Position numbers and translations under genes: made by a program. The notes below the pieces were generated by a model, which was not told the DNA's origin, searched no databases, and saw only the letters and a program-made list of their open reading frames with translations. From assembly GCA_022821085.1 (NCBI GenBank), contig JAJEEG010000003.1, positions 17,563-81,562 of the forward strand: 64,000 nucleotides of DNA. Direction: 5' to 3'. Shown here piece after piece: positions 61,721 to 64,000 of this stretch; within the stretch, counting starts at the first letter, position 1; each line of letters starts with the position of its first letter. The stretch is from Candidatus Latescibacterota bacterium (GTDB lineage: Bacteria > JAAXHH01).

Positions 61721-62647
61721 TCACAGCAATTTGACGGGGCTGGCACAGGTCCAGGGACCGGATGCCTTCCAATGTTTCGGGCAGGGACTACCGGACACAA
61801 GCGCCTCGACGACGGGCGACAGAAACTCATTGAGCGCGGCTGTAGTTTCCGCAAATAATGTGGGTACATGTTTCTGTTGAATCCGGTTGAGGAATGCCGA
61901 CCACTGGACCTGTTTGGCGTCTGCGAAAGTACCGGTGAACGCCTCCACCGTCTGGGACAACGCTGTGCCCCGCTGGTCGAAAGTGAGCCTGACGGCCTCG
62001 GTCAGCCTTGCTCCTTCGAAATCGAACTGTCGTGATAGCAGCCAGATATCATAGAAGTCTCTCATTCGGCTGTTTAACATACCCAGCTTGACCATGGCTT
62101 CGAGCTTCTCGGCAATAGTGCTCTCGCGGTTGTAGCCGATTAACCGTGGTGCCGGGAAATCCAACAACGCCGGTAGCTGCGCGACTTCCGGCCCGGGATA
62201 CACCACATCTCCAAAGCCGATATCGATCTGCATGTGGATTTGTGCCGTACCTAGCGTCCCCTTGAACCGAATCCTGATCCCTTCGCGTTCCGCACCTTCG
62301 GTAATGCGCTCGGTTCGGATGTAGGTCGGATCGAAGCGCAGACCGTCCTCTTGTACGTCTACGTTCAGAATGTCCCGGACCTGCGAGACAGCATCAGTTT
62401 CCTCGTGGTGTGTACTGCCAAGCAGATCGATATCCATAGTCGGACGAATCTCTGACGAACCCCACACCTGCAGCATCAGCGCGCCCTTAAGGATGAAGCG
62501 TTCGTTGTGTTCGGACAGGGACAACCTATAGAGAAACCGCTCCATGGCGAAATACTGCAGAAGCTCGCCAAAGGGCCGGTGGTCGCTTCTGGCTTTGTTG
62601 AGAAGGCGCTGCCGGACTGACGCGGCAACATCGCGGGCGGGTATCAC
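61721..62647 (-). CDS. abiEii: Type IV TA / abortive-infection nucleotidyltransferase toxin AbiEii
   Basis: ASVRQRLLN, ERFLYRL, ILKGA, RPTMDID, DIGFGD, AEK, NSRMRDFYD; GTG overlaps abiEi stop. Confidence 0.92.
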   Translation of the reverse strand: MIPARDVAASVRQRLLNKARSDHRPFGELLQYFAMERFLYRLSLSEHNERFILKGALMLQVWGSSEIRPTMDIDLLGSTHHEETDAVSQVRDILNVDVQEDGLRFDPTYIRTERITEGAEREGIRIRFKGTLGTAQIHMQIDIGFGDVVYPGPEVAQLPALLDFPAPRLIGYNRESTIAEKLEAMVKLGMLNSRMRDFYDIWLLSRQFDFEGARLTEAVRLTFDQRGTALSQTVEAFTGTFADAKQVQWSAFLNRIQQKHVPTLFAETTAALNEFLSPVVEALVSGSPCPKHWKASGPWTCASPVKLL

Positions 62648-63237
62648 AGGCTGGCCTCCAGGTAGGGCCACATCACCTTCTCAACCCGACACGCTCGTGC
62701 GTATCCCAGTAGCGCGCCCAGGTCAAGTCCGTTGCGCTCCCGGTGCAGCCGCAGTGCCTCCAGCACAATGTCCATACCGATCCGATTGCGGAACTTGAAA
62801 CAGTCCGCTACAGTCTTATCACGGTTATAGATCTTAACCTTCGCGCCGTCAATCCGGTGCGTTTCGATGCCAGCCGAGTAGCTTGCCTTCGAGAACCGGT
62901 GGGCTCGCACTGGAGGGTAGTCGAGCGACGGCAGCCGCGACGTTTGGGTTACTGCTACCGACACTTCATGTGGAATCTGGGTTGTAATGCCGTGGTAGGC
63001 CAGTGCCGAGACAAGACAAACTACGGCGTCGGGATAGCGCAGGCCCACCGTGACCAGATCCGGATCACTGAGTGGTGGTAGCTCTGCCAGCCGGTAGACG
63101 CCCCGGCTGACCAGTTCGACGATGCCACGGTCCCTCAGGGTATAGAGCGTGTAGGGCGTGATCCCATGGCGGACGGCTTCGCTCATTCGAAGCTGGCCGC
63201 CGAACGCGCGAAAGGTCGCTTCGGCGGTTTTCTGCAT
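62644..63237 (-). CDS. abiEi: Type IV TA antitoxin AbiEi (wHTH transcriptional regulator)
   Basis: RGVYRL, CLVSALAYHGITTQIP, KTVADCFKFRNRIG. Confidence 0.92.
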   Translation of the reverse strand: MQKTAEATFRAFGGQLRMSEAVRHGITPYTLYTLRDRGIVELVSRGVYRLAELPPLSDPDLVTVGLRYPDAVVCLVSALAYHGITTQIPHEVSVAVTQTSRLPSLDYPPVRAHRFSKASYSAGIETHRIDGAKVKIYNRDKTVADCFKFRNRIGMDIVLEALRLHRERNGLDLGALLGYARACRVEKVMWPYLEASL

Positions 63238-63260
63238 GGCAAGTCTCTTATAAAACGATA

Positions 63261-64000
63261 CTACTTATTTATAACTTGTAACAATATATCATAGGAATGC
63301 GAGTAAGACAAGTCAAAAACGGTTAAATAACAAAGGTTGGTCACGACCAGTGAAATCGACAACGTCTCCTCAACTACCTTATCGAGGCTGGAGAAGGTGG
63401 CGGAGGCCTCGCCCACGCGGGTTACGCGCCTGAGGTCGTCGTAGACGGTGAAGGTGATTTTCCGAGTGGCGCCCGTGCCGGCGGCTCGCTGTCGCGCGTC
63501 CTGCGAGAAGCGCATTCTCCCCAGGTCGTCGTACTTGTAGAGGGTGGCGCCATCGGCATCGGGATGATGCCTGCTGGTCATACGGCCCAGGGTGTCGTAA
63601 GCATAGCGCGAAGTGCCGCCTCCCGGCATGGTGCTGGAGGAAAGCCTGTCCAGGGCGTCATGGGCGTAGGACGTCGTGTTATTCCGGGTGGCGGCGCTGG
63701 CTCCAGGCGAGTCGGCAGTGGCGTATTGCATGCGTCCGTAGGCGTCATGGACGCTGGTGGTCAGGACGCCTTTTTTGTCGTCGACGGTCTGGTAGGAGCG
63801 GCCAGGGCCGGATACGGTTCCCCATCTGCCGTAGCGGGTGGAGATGGCATTGCTGGGAGTGTGTCCGGGAGGGATGAGCCGGGCGGTCCTCAGCAGGGGA
63901 TCGTCGTCGTATGTGGTTCTCGTAATCCTGCTGCCCGCTGCGGCATTCGTCAGGGCAGTGTAGCTGTAAGACGGCGTCGGTACACCGGACCAAGCAGCGT
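63261..64000 (-). pseudogene. RHS/YD-repeat protein, C-terminally truncated (5' part outside window)
   Basis: Open frame from the window edge with HDAYGR, HDALDR, YDTLGR, YDDLGR, YDDLRR repeats; RHS-like sequence ends ~63380 and runs into AT-rich promoter DNA. Confidence 0.75.
63288..63316 (-). promoter_or_regulatory. abiE operon promoter
   Basis: TTGACT-17nt-TATGAT in an AT-rich tract. Confidence 0.7.

Larger units (their letters stand above)
60932..64000. mobile_element. Left part of an accessory/defence island
   Basis: Visibly lower GC and altered codon usage across abiE; phage-type DUF1353 gene, TA pair and RHS remnant; no integrase in the window. Confidence 0.5.

Overview
High-GC bacterial chromosome segment, mostly core genes. 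The yicC-gmk-rpoZ-coaBC-udg-dnaB order, the alpha2-type GlyRS and the short RpoD suggest an FCB-group organism such as Gemmatimonadota or Latescibacterota; this assignment is inference. Content from left to right: trpB(3')-trpA-aroH-aroF-tyrA-pheA; rqcH; yicC-gmk-rpoZ-coaBC-udg-dnaB-mlaF-tgt-yajC-def-fmt-rsmB-ffh-rpsP-rimM-trmD-rplS-rnhB-yraN-PHP; pyrC and ygfZ-like; glyQS; sugar redox genes; an orphan SBP; PhyH; xerC-topA-smg; a minus-strand run (TIGR04282-type glycosyltransferase, degenerate SelA, class II aldolase, HU/IHF, AIR-synthase-fold protein); nrnA-PTPS-folE-glcD-glcE-larA-like; a sigma factor; two M23 peptidases; miaB; SOD; thiDN; an atypical ClpX. The right end is an accessory island: a DUF1353-like gene, a promoter/terminator-bounded ~145-nt RNA, an AbiEi/AbiEii pair and a truncated RHS/YD gene. 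No rRNA, tRNA, CRISPR array or IS element was recognised. Most notable: (1) an intact SelA paralog lacking the PLP lysine, coupled to the glycosyltransferase; (2) the candidate sRNA/attenuator in the AbiE island; (3) pervasive short tandem micro-duplications, many copying a gene's stop codon; (4) an SOD gene with Tat-lipoprotein and cytoplasmic start sites; (5) a ClpX paralog with a duplicated small domain; (6) an ~85-aa insertion in GlyRS. All family calls come from motif recognition by eye, not database searches.
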